IMG/VR virus record: IMGVR_UViG_3300027844_001828
Coordinates: 171,625-235,624 of that record
Reading direction: 5' to 3' (one strand)
DNA: 64,000 bases
The notes under the pieces were generated by a model. It saw only the letters and a program-made list of their open reading frames with translations. It did not search any database and was not told the origin of the DNA. Shown here piece after piece: positions 19,303-31,961 of this stretch (position 1 is the stretch's first letter; each line of letters starts with the position of its first letter). Made by a program: the position numbers and the translations under genes.

Positions 19303-20427
19303 ATGAATGACGACATCAGAGCACTTTGGATGAAGAGAATCTTCTGCGAGATCAACAACTTGCAGTGGGCAATGAAGAAGCTTCAGGGACAGCATCCAAG
19401 GCTCATTGATCAATTGGAGCTTCCCAACATCATTATCAACGATGAGCTTAAACACGCTTGGGGCCGTTATCACAATAGTTCCAACACGATTGAACTCTCA
19501 GTGCGATTGCTCAACGATCATCCCTGGAGCGCGGTGAAACATGTCATTGGACATGAGTACGCGCATTTGGTCGTACATCGCGTTTTTGAGCTTCATGGGC
19601 GTCCACATGGCGAAGCTTTCAAGCGGGCTTGTAAAATTCTTGGAGTTGAAGACTCAACTACGTGCAGTCATGAGTTTCTTCAGAAGCAGGGTTACACAAA
19701 AGATGATTCTATGTTCCGAAAGGTTCAGAAGCTTCTTGCTTTGGCAGACGGCTCAAATGAGCACGAGTCCAGAAATGCAATGGTCAAGGCTCAGAGATTC
19801 ATTGAGCTTCACAATGTTGACTTGATCCGAGGCAATTCGGAGATCGAAGATCTTTATTTGAAAAGAACGGCGGGAAGATGCTGGAAAAGGATTCCGTCTT
19901 ACATTGATGCATTGGCGACAATCATCCGTGAGAACTACAAAGTCAAAGTCATCACGTCCGTCAATTATGGCGTCAATAAATATGGCGGAAGCGTGAGCGG
20001 GAAATGCCGCATGTTTGAATTCTTTGGAAAGCCAGAGCATTTGGACATTGCTGATTACGTTTTTAACTTTCTTCTTGACGCAGGCGAAAACGCTTGGAAG
20101 GAAGTTCAGAAGAGTGGTGAAGCGAAGGATTCTGGTTACAAAAAGATCGGTTACCTCAACGGGTTTTACGAAGGCTTCTCGGAGAAGCTTTGGGAAGCTC
20201 GTGAAGAGGTCGAAAAGGATTTTGACAACGACACAACCGCTATGATCTGCAAAGATGACGATATTCTTAACGAACAATACAGTCGCGCCTACACTCGTCT
20301 TGTGAACAGATACACTGGAAGTTCAAGAACCAGTAGTGGTTGGGGCGCTGGCGCATCTGCTGGCCGCATCTGCTCAATCAGACCTGGAGTCAGTGCCGGA
20401 GGCGGGGGGCCAAAACTTTTGACATGA
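19303..20427 (+). CDS. SprT-like zinc metalloprotease with DUF2786 domain
   Basis: HEYAH...PHGEAF; KVQKLLALA..SNEHE...AMVKAQ. Confidence 0.8.
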   Translation: MNDDIRALWMKRIFCEINNLQWAMKKLQGQHPRLIDQLELPNIIINDELKHAWGRYHNSSNTIELSVRLLNDHPWSAVKHVIGHEYAHLVVHRVFELHGRPHGEAFKRACKILGVEDSTTCSHEFLQKQGYTKDDSMFRKVQKLLALADGSNEHESRNAMVKAQRFIELHNVDLIRGNSEIEDLYLKRTAGRCWKRIPSYIDALATIIRENYKVKVITSVNYGVNKYGGSVSGKCRMFEFFGKPEHLDIADYVFNFLLDAGENAWKEVQKSGEAKDSGYKKIGYLNGFYEGFSEKLWEAREEVEKDFDNDTTAMICKDDDILNEQYSRAYTRLVNRYTGSSRTSSGWGAGASAGRICSIRPGVSAGGGGPKLLT

Positions 20428-21269
20428 ACATCGACATAAACAACGCATTAATACTCGGAGACGTACACGCTGACGTGTCGTTTATCACAATAGCCGTAGA
20501 AAAGGCCATAGAGCATGATCTTGAGGCGGTTATCGTGGTTGGGGACTTCGGGTATTGGCCAGAGGCGTATTTCGTCCACAGAGCCATTAAAGGCTATCCA
20601 TATATCTATGACAGAGATTACTTCGAGAGCAATCCAGAATTTGCATTGAAGGATGATCTTGAAGTGATACCTTCAGTCACGGCTCTTGAATACGATATCC
20701 CTGTTTATTTCATTGACGGAAATCATGAATTCTTTGGCGTCGAGGGAAAGCCTGGGTTGTCACAGTTTACAGAAATTACTGAGATAAACAAAAACCTCTT
20801 CTATGTTCCAAGGGGAATCGTTGAAAGGATTGCGAACACAACTGTGGCATTTGTCGGTGGCGCTGCCTCATTAGATAGAAACCCTGAGAAATTGGGGATT
20901 CATTGGTATGAAGAGGAAACCATAACATTTAATGATGTTAGGACGATACTTGATTACCCTAATGATATTGACGTTGTATTATCTCATGATATACCAATAT
21001 CATATTCTCCCCCTGAAGTACGCTTCGTTTTACCACATGCAATCCCAGGAAGAGAAGAGTTGGAAAAAATACTCACAAATAAATGTCCTAATCATTGGTA
21101 TTCTGGACATTACCACGTAAACGATGTAAAATATGATCGAAGATGTAACACCTTGTTCAGAATTCTTGCGTCAAATAAAAATATCTACGATGATGAACCC
21201 GTATTTGGAATTCATTTCGATTTCGTGAAAAACCAAGAAATCAAAGAAATAAGAGTTAATAAACAATGA
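20424..21269 (+). CDS. Calcineurin-like metallophosphoesterase
   Basis: GDVH, GDFG, GNHE, SHD, GHYH. Confidence 0.88.
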   Translation: MNIDINNALILGDVHADVSFITIAVEKAIEHDLEAVIVVGDFGYWPEAYFVHRAIKGYPYIYDRDYFESNPEFALKDDLEVIPSVTALEYDIPVYFIDGNHEFFGVEGKPGLSQFTEITEINKNLFYVPRGIVERIANTTVAFVGGAASLDRNPEKLGIHWYEEETITFNDVRTILDYPNDIDVVLSHDIPISYSPPEVRFVLPHAIPGREELEKILTNKCPNHWYSGHYHVNDVKYDRRCNTLFRILASNKNIYDDEPVFGIHFDFVKNQEIKEIRVNKQ

Positions 21270-21757
21270 TAAAATTAACAGATAAAGACATTTTAGTCGC
21301 CATGAACTTCATGATCAGCAAGCATGGATTCACCTTAGACGCCAACGGCGACCTCTATATATTCCACCCAATCCGTGTCGCAACTTACTTGATCGAAAGG
21401 GGTTGCAGTGAGTTGAAAATCGTTTGCGCCTTGCTTCATGATGTGGTTGAAGACTGCTATGTTGGACGCCGGGAAGAGGGATTGGACGACATTGAGCGGT
21501 ATTTTGGAACAGAGGCGAGAGAAATCCTTGACGTGATGAGTCACGATAAAAACGATAAGGATTACGATGAATACATTGGCGGGATTATCAGTAGTGCTTA
21601 TAGAGATATTACAAGAGAGATTAAATTGGCAGATATCAATGACAATACTTTGATATGGAGACTCGATCATTTCCCTGAGGATCGAAGGAAAAGAATGGAA
21701 GATAAATATGAGAAAGCTGAATCAAGAATTCGTCAAAGTATATACAATGAGAATTGA
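21266..21757 (+). CDS. HD-domain (p)ppGpp hydrolase-like protein (Mesh1/SAH type)
   Basis: YIFHPIRVA, ALLHDVVED, IKLADINDN. Confidence 0.8.
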   Translation: MIKLTDKDILVAMNFMISKHGFTLDANGDLYIFHPIRVATYLIERGCSELKIVCALLHDVVEDCYVGRREEGLDDIERYFGTEAREILDVMSHDKNDKDYDEYIGGIISSAYRDITREIKLADINDNTLIWRLDHFPEDRRKRMEDKYEKAESRIRQSIYNEN

Positions 21758-22103
21758 ACAAAACAAATTTCCTCATCATGAGGAATCTTCGCATGAGAAA
21801 CATACATAAAACCAAGGTAAATAAACATGGACGATAGTGAACCAAAAGAAGTCGCTCAGTCGGATGTGTCTATAGTACTAAAGGCTTTTAGAAAAGAATT
21901 GATCAAACGAGATATTGTTGATGGCGAAACCATTGACAACATTGATAATCAAGTTCTCCTAAAGGCCCTGTCAACAGCTTATAGAATGCCTGGAAGCATT
22001 GAGACCGTTGTTGAGTGTGCTGTAAACGAAGTTCGTAAAGAACTACAATCCGCTGAGAAGAAAGATTCGACGCTTATCTAATTGAGTGTTAGTCTCATAA
22101 GAT

Positions 22104-22580
22104 ATGGAAAAAATCACAGTAATAGAAGATAACAATATCGACGTTGAAGGGATCATCTGTTTAGATGTCATTTTGCTCCGAGATTATTGCGATCCATTCT
22201 CTAATAATCTTTGGTTAGATATGGAGTCTCCAATCACCAAAGAAGAGATTGATTTCTGTCTTGATCATAATATCCTCATAGAGCCAGACGACAATGATGA
22301 ACCCATGACCGTCTATACAAGAGACCAACACGCTGGAAAGATAGCCTACTTCGTAAAAGAAGGCATCAGAGACCCAATATCAATAGACATTGGCATTCCG
22401 TCTTTAAGCGTCCCTTGTTGGTTCATAGTTGATGGCAACCATCGCTATGCTGCCGCAATAATAAGAGAAGAGCCCAAAATCAAAGCCGCTTGGTCAGGAG
22501 ATCTTGACTTTCTCCAATCCCTCGATATAGTATACGATGAAAGAAAACATAAGGAAGTCCACCAAGCTTGTATAGGATAG
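22104..22580 (+). CDS. ParB/Srx-like domain protein
   Basis: DPISI...IVDGNHRYAAA. Confidence 0.65.
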   Translation: MEKITVIEDNNIDVEGIICLDVILLRDYCDPFSNNLWLDMESPITKEEIDFCLDHNILIEPDDNDEPMTVYTRDQHAGKIAYFVKEGIRDPISIDIGIPSLSVPCWFIVDGNHRYAAAIIREEPKIKAAWSGDLDFLQSLDIVYDERKHKEVHQACIG

Positions 22581-23174
22581 CTAAAAAGATCGCCAAACTC
22601 GGAGTGTAGATATTTATGAAAGCATCTGGAAGGTTAATTGAAAAATTAGACATCCTTGATAACATGCATCCAAATGATCTTGAAGTGTTAAAAGAGTCAT
22701 TTGATATGATGAGGGCAACGGATGGGAACCTTTGTGCGACATATAGCCCTGATCATAGGCTCTATGATCATGCATATAAAATCGCCAAAACATATAGCCT
22801 TGGAACTTGCGTCTTCGCAGACCAAACATATTCTATTAGATTAAATAGCAACGGAATTAAGTTGGCTAAGTTGTACGAGTTGTACGAAGAAATAATATTC
22901 TGAGGTTCTTAAATGATTTTTATTTATGTGTTACTTGTAATTTTAGCATGGCTTTTATTAGGTGTGTCAGTATTTGTTTCCTGGAGGTACTTTGTTGATG
23001 AAGAGAACATAACAGTTGGTTTGTTATCTGAAGACGAGTCGTTTTTCGCTTATTTTATCTGGCCAGTATTTTTGCTTTTCGTATCAAGAGATAAAATTAA
23101 AGATTGGACCCGGGAAAATCGCGATATAGTATTACTTGAACAAAAAAAGACGGATGAACAAAAGGAGAATACAG

Positions 23175-23504
23175 ATGAACCGTGATTGTAGAATCGAGTA
23201 TTATAAAGATAAGAATGAAAAGTTCCGGTGCAGGATCTTCGGAGCTAACGGAAAGCAATTATCTCGTAGCACAAAGGGATACAAAAATAAGGCCCGCTTG
23301 AGATATCTTGTACACACTTGTGGTGATTCACCTGATCAAGTTAATGTTTACAGGGGTAAGGCGGGTGAATATAGATGGAATGCATCTTACCAAGGAGATA
23401 AGGTTATTATGGCTTCAGAGGGTTATAAAAACAGGTCGGAATGCGTCCACAGCTTGAATCTCTCTATCGATGAAAGGGAATTGGATAACCCTCCAGGTAC
23501 ATAA
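23175..23504 (+). CDS. YegP/DUF1508 tandem-domain protein
   Basis: YKDKNEKFRCRIFGANGK...GYKNK and GEYRW...SEGYKNRSEC; AAGGAG SD. Confidence 0.7.
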   Translation: MNRDCRIEYYKDKNEKFRCRIFGANGKQLSRSTKGYKNKARLRYLVHTCGDSPDQVNVYRGKAGEYRWNASYQGDKVIMASEGYKNRSECVHSLNLSIDERELDNPPGT

Positions 23505-24156
23505 TAAAAACTGGAGATATAATCTAATGCGAATAATTAGAAGATCCGATAAAAAAGAAATTAATAAAAAGGGGCAATGGGAAAATGGCGTTGAGACAGA
23601 TCCGTCAGATTATTATGAAGATCCAGATACATCTGTAAAGATTAATCTTACTGACGATCTTGATGCAGACGTTGAAGTTTTATTAAATGCCGAGGGTGTC
23701 AATGTCGAGCCCGCAGAATACGACGGGCCATATGAGTCGTTCCCAGGCTCCGTTGATATTGAAAAGCTAATTGTTGCCGAGTCATTTTCAATCACGGTTA
23801 CATTCCCAGCGGGAATTGAATTCCCTGAAATGCTGGTTCCATATACCGGAGCTAGTAATATGGGAGAACTTCTCTCAAAGGCTTCTGAGAAATTAGGGAA
23901 TTTAGTTACAACAGAGTATTATCCTGATTCAAGGTCAATATAATGGATTGGTATAAAAAAGCTACAGTTAAGACATTCAGTGAGTACAATGAGATCTCCT
24001 TAAAAAATAACGTGCATGTTAATAACGATCAATTAATGGACCTCAAAAACAATAGATTCAAAGATCGTTATAGAGATCTTATGTTGGCTCATATAGAACA
24101 ATGTTCTGAATGCGACAGTAGATACACTGCCTTCACCGGAATATAATTTCTCCCGC

Positions 24157-24184
24157 TTGCAATACCAACCAAATGTGTTATAAT
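24157..24184 (+). promoter_or_regulatory. Sigma70-like promoter, 16-bp spacer
   Basis: TTGCAA-N16-TATAAT. Confidence 0.7.
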
Positions 24185-24526
24185 ATTGGAGGGAAGCAAA
24201 AGACTCCACAGTTGGCTATTTAACCAATATTTATTAATATAAGCTAATCAACTAAGGAAATTTACGATGATATTTTCAAGAGATAAAAGCATCACAGGTA
24301 CGCCATTAAAAGAGATCCAGGATATTGGTGTGACAAGAGCAATGGCTGAGAAACTATGGGCGACACTCGATGACGTTGATACATTATCTGATGTTCTCAA
24401 ACCACATGATGAGGCTTCATATAAGAGGTTTTATGACTCCACAATGAAAATAGTTGCGAAAAGAACTGAGCAATTAACAAGTGATGGATACGAATTGTTC
24501 CTACCAAATGGAGAGCATGCATAATT

Positions 24527-24698
24527 ATGGAGATGATTGAATATTATGGTCCAGCATGTAGAAAATGTGGCAGCGCCACGAACTATGAATACGAACTATG
24601 AATACGAACTCTGTGATCGTTGCTTTGTAAAACGGATTTTGACCATTGCTTATACCTTCTTTGCGGTTATAATAATAGTCATCGTGGCTGTATTATGA
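24527..24698 (+). pseudogene. CxxC/CxxC plus TM mini-protein frameshifted by a 13-bp tandem duplication
   Basis: ACGAACTATGAAT x2; removing one copy gives CRKCG...LCDRC plus TM helix, like neighbouring ORF 24695. Confidence 0.6.
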
Positions 24699-24897
24699 AA
24701 TGCTTAGATTGCAATAATGAAGTTGGTAAGACATATTGGGACTTCTGTATAGGCTGTTGGGCGAAGAGATTCGGAGTCGCAATAGGATTGATAATCTTAC
24801 TGCTTGTGTTGTTGTTAATTTTTGCGTAATGACTTGACATGTGGCGATATAGTAGTGGCATCGTTAGATAAACTTGAAATCAAAACAGGAGGAAGTG

Positions 24898-25254
24898 ATG
24901 AAAGGAATTGTAATTTGGATTGTAGCGTCAATCGCAGCTTTGGTGTTGCTCGGAACCTTAGCATTCGGAGCCGAATGGGCTGGACTTGCATGGAAGGGGT
25001 ATTTCAAACCCAAGCATGCGGCTGTTGAGCGTGAAGTCTTCATGGAGACACGTTCATTCAATCAAGCCGTGATTACAGCACTCGCTGATCATCGACTTGA
25101 ATGGATTCGCGAGGAAGATCCAATCGCCAAGAATGCGATTTTGGCCACTGTCAGGCTCCAGTATGGAGAGTATGATGAATCGAAACTCACGTCACCCGAA
25201 TTGATCAGCTTTCTTAAGACTGCTAAATACGGAAAGAGTAATCCGGGTTTTTAG
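24898..25254 (+). CDS. Membrane protein
   Basis: AGGAGG SD; N-terminal TM helix. Confidence 0.7.
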   Translation: MKGIVIWIVASIAALVLLGTLAFGAEWAGLAWKGYFKPKHAAVEREVFMETRSFNQAVITALADHRLEWIREEDPIAKNAILATVRLQYGEYDESKLTSPELISFLKTAKYGKSNPGF

Positions 25255-25327
25255 CTGGATGAAGAGATCGCACATTTGAAAGCGCATACCTAACCGAAAA
25301 CCAAGAACAAAACATCGGAGAACAACT

Positions 25328-25861
25328 ATGAAAAAGACTATTACATTGATTGCATGCATCATCGGCCTCACTTTTATCACAGGCTGTACGGAAGATAAAA
25401 ACAGTGCGGATTCTATTCAGGCGGAACAAACTAAAGAAGCAATGGTAGAAGCGCAAAGGCAAGTGGGAATGCCAGCTATTGTCAATTATCGAGAACGGAA
25501 AATGATGAAAAGCATTTTCGAATTGCGTGATAAGAACGATCTTATTTGCTACGCATATATTTTCAGTGAAATGACTGGGAAGTACACCTTTCTCGGAAAA
25601 TGTATCGGATATGGTCTCCCGTACTCTGTTCAATTCACAAATCCTGAACGTGTTCGAAAAGTTAGAGGCGCAACCGGATCATATTTAGACACCGTCACAG
25701 TCCCACAGCCAGATCCAAATGGGCTATTCATGCCCGAAGGCTTGTCAGCGACATGGCTTGCTTTGATCAATCCAGAAACCGGCGATCCTCAAGTCGTTTA
25801 TGTCGAACCGTTGATTACGGTCTCACCGTTCCCTTTGCCCAGTACCGTTGTCCAACAATGA
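25328..25861 (+). CDS. Putative lipoprotein, conserved phage family
   Basis: Signal peptide with ITGC lipobox; GYGLPYSVQFTNP, QPDPNGLF. Confidence 0.75.
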   Translation: MKKTITLIACIIGLTFITGCTEDKNSADSIQAEQTKEAMVEAQRQVGMPAIVNYRERKMMKSIFELRDKNDLICYAYIFSEMTGKYTFLGKCIGYGLPYSVQFTNPERVRKVRGATGSYLDTVTVPQPDPNGLFMPEGLSATWLALINPETGDPQVVYVEPLITVSPFPLPSTVVQQ

Positions 25862-26412
25862 CTTACCAACCACCCCCCAGGAGAAGAATATGAAAACATT
25901 GAACATGAATTTGCCAGATATCTTTGTTACAGGAATACTTACATGTGACAAGCCGACAACTAGCAAAGAGCCAAGAGTCATCCTTTGGAAAGAGGGCGCG
26001 ACACCAAAGATACAAGAAGATGGCGACTACTTCCAGTCCCCCGACGACTTCGTGTATGTCAGCCAGTGGGACAGAGCACTCTTTGTCAAAATGTACGGAG
26101 AGATTGAATTGGGATCGTCCCAGGAAATCTCTTTGCAAACTTGGTGACCACAATGCACCCCGATGAATTCATCAAATTAGTAGACAATGTTTTCGATGGT
26201 CCTGACGAAGATATATCTTTGAGGACCAGAGAAAGCTTTGACAAGATAACAGATATTAATGAAAAGAGATGGTTTGTTGGTCATGTGTCATTGAGATTGA
26301 CATCTTTCATAAGCGGAATTATAGGATCGGAGAATAATGAAATGAAACTCTTGATAGAGAGAAGTGTTATTGCTGACTTAGCATTCCGTCCGCCAATAAA
26401 GAGGGAAGAGAG

Positions 26413-26859
26413 GTGAACTATTTAAGAGGGCTCTACAATTCTCTTAAAGAGATGAATAGGCGGCAAACAAAGTCCTTTACGGCATGGAAGGTTATAGATT
26501 GTAATCGGCGCTCTGTAGTCGTTTCAAATGTTCCTGGCATGTCCATGAAATATAGTCTTAATAAATGGGTAAAAAAAGAATTTATGAAAGGACCTCTTAT
26601 GGCTTTCTATACGAAAGAGCAAGCAGAGAGATTCGTGAAAAACAACTTAGCCGGGAACAAAGCGAGAGTTCAATTACTTGATAGACTTGAACACTCTCTT
26701 ATTGTAAAGGCCGAAGTCATTGAATTCAATGAGGCTGAAGAGCCAAAGTGGTCAATTAAAATGATTAGTGAATCAGATTGCAGTATGACAGAGTCGTGGA
26801 GAGCTTGTTCATGGCCAAAGGGAACAATATTTTGTGAACAAATAAAATGTGTGGAGTAA
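26413..26859 (+). CDS. Hypothetical protein, paralog of ORF 30063
   Basis: Shared WKVI...P(L/I)MA...WxKGT..CE.IKC. Confidence 0.65.
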   Translation: MNYLRGLYNSLKEMNRRQTKSFTAWKVIDCNRRSVVVSNVPGMSMKYSLNKWVKKEFMKGPLMAFYTKEQAERFVKNNLAGNKARVQLLDRLEHSLIVKAEVIEFNEAEEPKWSIKMISESDCSMTESWRACSWPKGTIFCEQIKCVE

Positions 26860-28280
26860 CATATTATGAATGAAGAAAAAGAGACTGGAAATCCCATTAT
26901 CAGCCTTATCCCAAAAAAATAAGTCATTTATTTGGGGATTCGTTATCTGCTCATTGTTGGTCTATGTAACATCTGGTCCAAAGCAAGAGGCGGAAAACCA
27001 AAGTGGAAGGGACAAAAACGATTGAAAAAAACAGAAGTTATTCATAGGGTTGAAATAGCAACAGTTAAACCAGACGTTTCTGGTTTTTAAGTAATTCCAA
27101 ATGTTATATATGATAAGATAGAATATGATGTTACTCTTTTTGATTCGAACCGAAAAGCACTTGCGACATGGGATCTCAGATATATCATAATCAAATAACT
27201 GGCGACCTTCATCTTATAACCAATTCGAAAAAAAAGGGGCGGTTGTATTGAATATCTGGAAAGGGCCATACGGAATCAGTGTGTCTGAATAGATAAATAG
27301 TCTATAACTAACTGTTAATGAATAATTTACGCGGAGTTATGAATAGATGGAAGAGTTAACTAAAGAATCAAGTCGATTGGAGTTTCTCTTTCCGATCATG
27401 ATAGCTAATAGAATGATTAGAACCAATTCTGCTGGCCCTGAGTGTGAAAGGAAATGGTTTAGAAAGCCTCATGGTTGGGAAACACAAAGAAAGACTCCAA
27501 CGTATTTGTATCAACAATGCGCGTTCTGTTCAGACAGGAAGATGATAAGGTTGGCTGAAGGATTTGATGAGCCAAGAGCAAGGGGGTGGGAAGACATAGG
27601 AGTGGTGAAACAAAATGAAAATTGAAGATGACGGGTCGCTCACACTTCACAGGTGTGATATAGCATGGTGGGTTGACCATTTTGAGAAATCAGACCAGCG
27701 TTTTAATGAAATGGATGTCAAAAAAAGAGCTTAGTGAATTGTCTGAGTTCTCGCCAGACGCATAGATCGCCGCCGCCTCTGCTCAGTCGGCAGGTTATAA
27801 AAAAAGACGGTTGAGTGGATCGAACAAAAAAGGTCAATAGAAAAAACATAATGAAGTAACATTATTAACACAATGAAGCGACATGTTCTTTTTTATAATA
27901 GCCGTGCTTATAACAGTCATCTTTATGATGGATGTGGAAGCGGGAATTATTACAACAGGCGTTTGTTCGCTTTTCACCCTAACAATACTTACAGGATTTA
28001 CAAACTGGATATTAATAGTCCTGATTATTGACACAATCATTACTGGCAGCGTTGATGAAACACTGTTTGGAATGACAATGTTTATAACAGCACTATTTTT
28101 ATTTTCAGAAATATGACAATGAGAGAAGAAGATAGAATTGAACTGAAGAAGGCCTTGAAAGAGGCATCGATTAGTACCAGACCATCAAACCGCTTTGATC
28201 GTGTGGCAACAATAGAATTTAAGAGCGGATCGACGAAATCAGCAGAACTAATATTGAACGCGGCAAGAAGCTTCGTCAGG

Positions 28281-28320
28281 ATGAAAGAAGATTAAAGAAG
28301 ATTAAAGAAGATTAAAGAAG
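28281..28320 (+). repeat. 10-bp tandem repeat x4
   Basis: AT(G/T)AAAGAAG repeated four times. Confidence 0.85.
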
Positions 28321-29095
28321 AATAAGTGACAACGCAAGATCTAATGGATTTGGATGGGGGGAACCGCCGTCCTGAAGAGAGGTAACCATGAAAATAAAGA
28401 TCATTCAAGCTGGACAAGCATTAAGATGTAAGAAATCTCACATTTTCAAGTTGATGGAGGTGGGGTCGAATGATCAGATAAATGTCGAATTCAAGTGGTG
28501 TATCTATTATGAGGATGACACCTTGGTTAAGACCAGAGCCGATAAAGAGGAATATGTTCTCCCGAAACAAATGTCCATAACATCAAGAAACGCTACAAAA
28601 GAAAGCGCTGAACTTGTACTCGAAGAAGAATTCTCAAAGTACATAGCATCAATGGAACAACCAGACGGCGACGACGCACTCGTTTTGTTCTTGGAAGGTA
28701 AAGAGAAAAACATTGTCTATCAAGATGAAGATGTATGGGTGGCAATTAAGGAATTCTTCTTGTTTTTGTGCGAATGGGACGAGCCACCAGAAGTTAAAGA
28801 GCCAGAAACCTATACACAAGAAGAACTTGAAGAACATCAAAAGTCCGTACCCGAACTCTGGGACGCAGATCCCGATTGCTGGCATGAACTCGATCCAAAC
28901 TCATGGTCTGGAATCAAATGTATGAAATGCACAGGGTGGTATCGCCTCTAATGAATAGAAACACAGTAATATTTATTATCCTCTTGTCGTTATTTTTATT
29001 AACGGCAGCATGCGGATTTCCAGCTATGGCTTGACAAACACATAATTATCCGGTATAGTACAAGCATTAACAACGACAAGAACTAAGAGAATAAC

Positions 29096-29749
29096 ATGAA
29101 CTTGACAAGAAAACTATTGGCGTCAACAGAGCCGTGCCTCAAAAGAAACGCGATCTATGACAAAGACCCACAACAATTAGCCTACACAGTCAATGCGTCC
29201 ACAAACCCAATGGTCTTTATGGATGCGCAGAAAAGGATCATCGGCGAAGAGATCATTATCAAAGGTGATCTTGAATATATTGAAAAGAACGAAGATAAAA
29301 TGCTCACCGGAATCTTCGACCTTGCACAAGAACACGAAAAAGTCAAATATGATTTCAGAGACTTTAGATTGAGAACGATGATAAGGGCCATCCAGGACAT
29401 TGAAAAACATGATCTCGTCGTCGCAAATATCATCATGGGAATCGAAGACTGGACCCAATTGAATCACTACTACTCGGCTAAAAAATGGAAGAGGGTCTTC
29501 GGAGCATACGCAAAGGTAAGACCCATGACCGAAGAAACCTGGAAAACAACTGGAATCATAGCAAAGATCCAAGGACCAATAAGACCAGTTGATATCATCG
29601 CCCTTCCAAATATGCCAAAAGGACAAATCTACCTCGCTACCAAGGGAGAGTATATTGGAGAAATTAGTTCGTCGGAATTGAAGGATAATGTAAGATCTTT
29701 AACGATCTGTATAACAAGCATGACTGGAGTTAATGTATTAACAACATGA
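29096..29749 (+). CDS. Hypothetical protein, possibly a degenerate major-capsid-protein paralog
   Basis: Order of motifs RKLL, IYDKD, IEKHDLVVANIIM, TGIIAKI.G, MPKGQIY, EYIG recalls HK97-fold MCPs of large phages (from memory only). Confidence 0.35.
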   Translation: MNLTRKLLASTEPCLKRNAIYDKDPQQLAYTVNASTNPMVFMDAQKRIIGEEIIIKGDLEYIEKNEDKMLTGIFDLAQEHEKVKYDFRDFRLRTMIRAIQDIEKHDLVVANIIMGIEDWTQLNHYYSAKKWKRVFGAYAKVRPMTEETWKTTGIIAKIQGPIRPVDIIALPNMPKGQIYLATKGEYIGEISSSELKDNVRSLTICITSMTGVNVLTT

Positions 29750-30062
29750 AAATAAGCAACTTCAAATTAGAAAATGAAGAGAGAGACGGTGAGCATGTGA
29801 TTTTTACAGGGACAGTTGAAGTAGTCACCGGCTCCTGGTTCTGGAAAAAGAAGACGGTCAAAGGAGTCAAGAAGAAAACTTTTTTGTGGTTCTGGACCGA
29901 CAATGGTGAATTAACTCCGGGAGAACTCGTGGAAAACGCCGCCAGAGTCTTTGCAGAAAAATCAGGCAAGCATCCCAAACTCTTGTGAAAGAAACAATAG
30001 ATAAAACTGTTGACAATAAATCACAAGACTTAAGAATAAATTTGAACAGTAGGAGCAAACCA

Positions 30063-30458
30063 ATGAAACCAACTATCGGATGGAAAGTCATTAGTAAAGA
30101 GAGAAAATCAATCCTTACAGGTGATGTGAAAGGATACGGAAAAGAATATCCAATCGGGAAAATGGTGGGAAGATCCAAACGAAGACTCCCAATTATGGCA
30201 ATGAAAACAAGACAAGATGCCGTGGATTTCATAAAGATGGAAAGAAAAAAACACGACGAACAGGAGAACTACTTCACAAGAGCATTAGATGAAGCAGTGA
30301 TCGTTCAAGTGGAAATGTATGGAATCAAAGACAAAACAGAATACGTTAATGATACTAAAATCTTCTTGGTCTCTACTACGCCAATTGTAAGCCAATCATA
30401 CAAAAGACCATGGGCCAAAGGAACCGTCCTCTGCGAAGCAATCAAATGTATAACTTGA
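30063..30458 (+). CDS. Hypothetical protein, paralog of ORF 26413
   Basis: AGGAG SD; shared motifs with ORF 26413. Confidence 0.65.
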   Translation: MKPTIGWKVISKERKSILTGDVKGYGKEYPIGKMVGRSKRRLPIMAMKTRQDAVDFIKMERKKHDEQENYFTRALDEAVIVQVEMYGIKDKTEYVNDTKIFLVSTTPIVSQSYKRPWAKGTVLCEAIKCIT

Positions 30459-31961
30459 TAGGAGAATAAACAATGAAACCAGAAGGATTACTTCTTAAAG
30501 CCGAAAGAGAATACATAGAAAAGAACAAGTCGCCACTAAGAGAAGACTACCACTATGTCTAAAATAATGAGAGGAAATCTTTTAATAAAACACGGATTCT
30601 CAGTAGCTGTTGATGGTGTTGAAATCACAAGCAATCTATGATAACCTTACCAAAAAATAAAGCCATCGATGCCATTATAGCCGTCTACGTCAAACCAAAG
30701 GAAATAAAATGACATATAACACGCATACAGAGGGACTACCGCCAGGAAATGATAAGGACAACAAAGCTAAGAATAGAAGACCAAACGAAGGTAAGATTAA
30801 ATGCCCAGAACTAAACAAAGAACAACAAATAAGATATAATGCATACCTTGAAGGATGCTTGAAATATGTACATATCTGGGAACCAACAGAAGAACAATCT
30901 CAAAGAGAATTGAAATACGCAGAAGAACAATCTCAAAGAGCATTGGAATACGCAAAAGATAAATCACGAAAAAGCTTTCAATAACAACATGAATGAACAT
31001 AAAGAAGAATAAGCATGGGATAAGCAATGTAACCTCGAATTAACTGGGAGAATAAAGAATGACAGGAATAGAATGGTATTGCATATACTGTGGAGGATCA
31101 ATACTTACAAGCCTCGGAATCATTATGAACAACGGTGATAGATTCATAAGAAAAAAACACCCAAGATATGACGCCGATATATCAATCATAGCATGCCCAT
31201 TACTATTGCCAATGTCAATATACGCATTGATAGGTAAATTTTTATACTTAATTAATATAAAGACCACGTACATGACATATAACGAAAAACAGGAGAACCA
31301 ATATGGAACTCAACTTTAACCCGTTATTTGAACAATTGAAAAGAAAAAGAATTATTACTAATAACAAGCCGAAGCACAACCATAAGAAAATTAAAGAACA
31401 AAAACAAAAACAAGAGCAAAAGAAAAGGATGCTGCCAATTATGACAGCGATAACAGGATGAAACAAATTATTAATAAAATCATTGACTGACTCTGGTGGA
31501 TCATTGTAATAAGAAAAAATGAGTCCCACCCATCCCTTAACATGAACAAAGTAAATAAACATGGAATGCTCATAGAACAAAATAGAATCATGAGACTAAG
31601 AAAAAAAGAACATGACATGGATCTTGATAATGAATGACAATGAGGGAGAACAATATGGAAGATGAAGTATAGAAGAAACTCAATTGATTGAGAAAGAGAT
31701 AAAACTAATAAGCACAGACGCAGAACTCGGAGAAGCATGGTACGCTTCTCTCATAAATTCAAAGAAAACCTCGATCAAGAAAGACAAAATGAAACTAAGA
31801 TCCGAGACAGCGATGGAGCAAGACCAGTTGAAATACACGATGGAGGAAACCTCGGAAGCCAAAGATCAGAGATCATAGTATGGAATGCAGATCATGATTC
31901 AGTCGAATACGTTAGAGATAACATGAAGGAACTCTGGAAAGTAGTGTTGTTAGGAGAGTAA

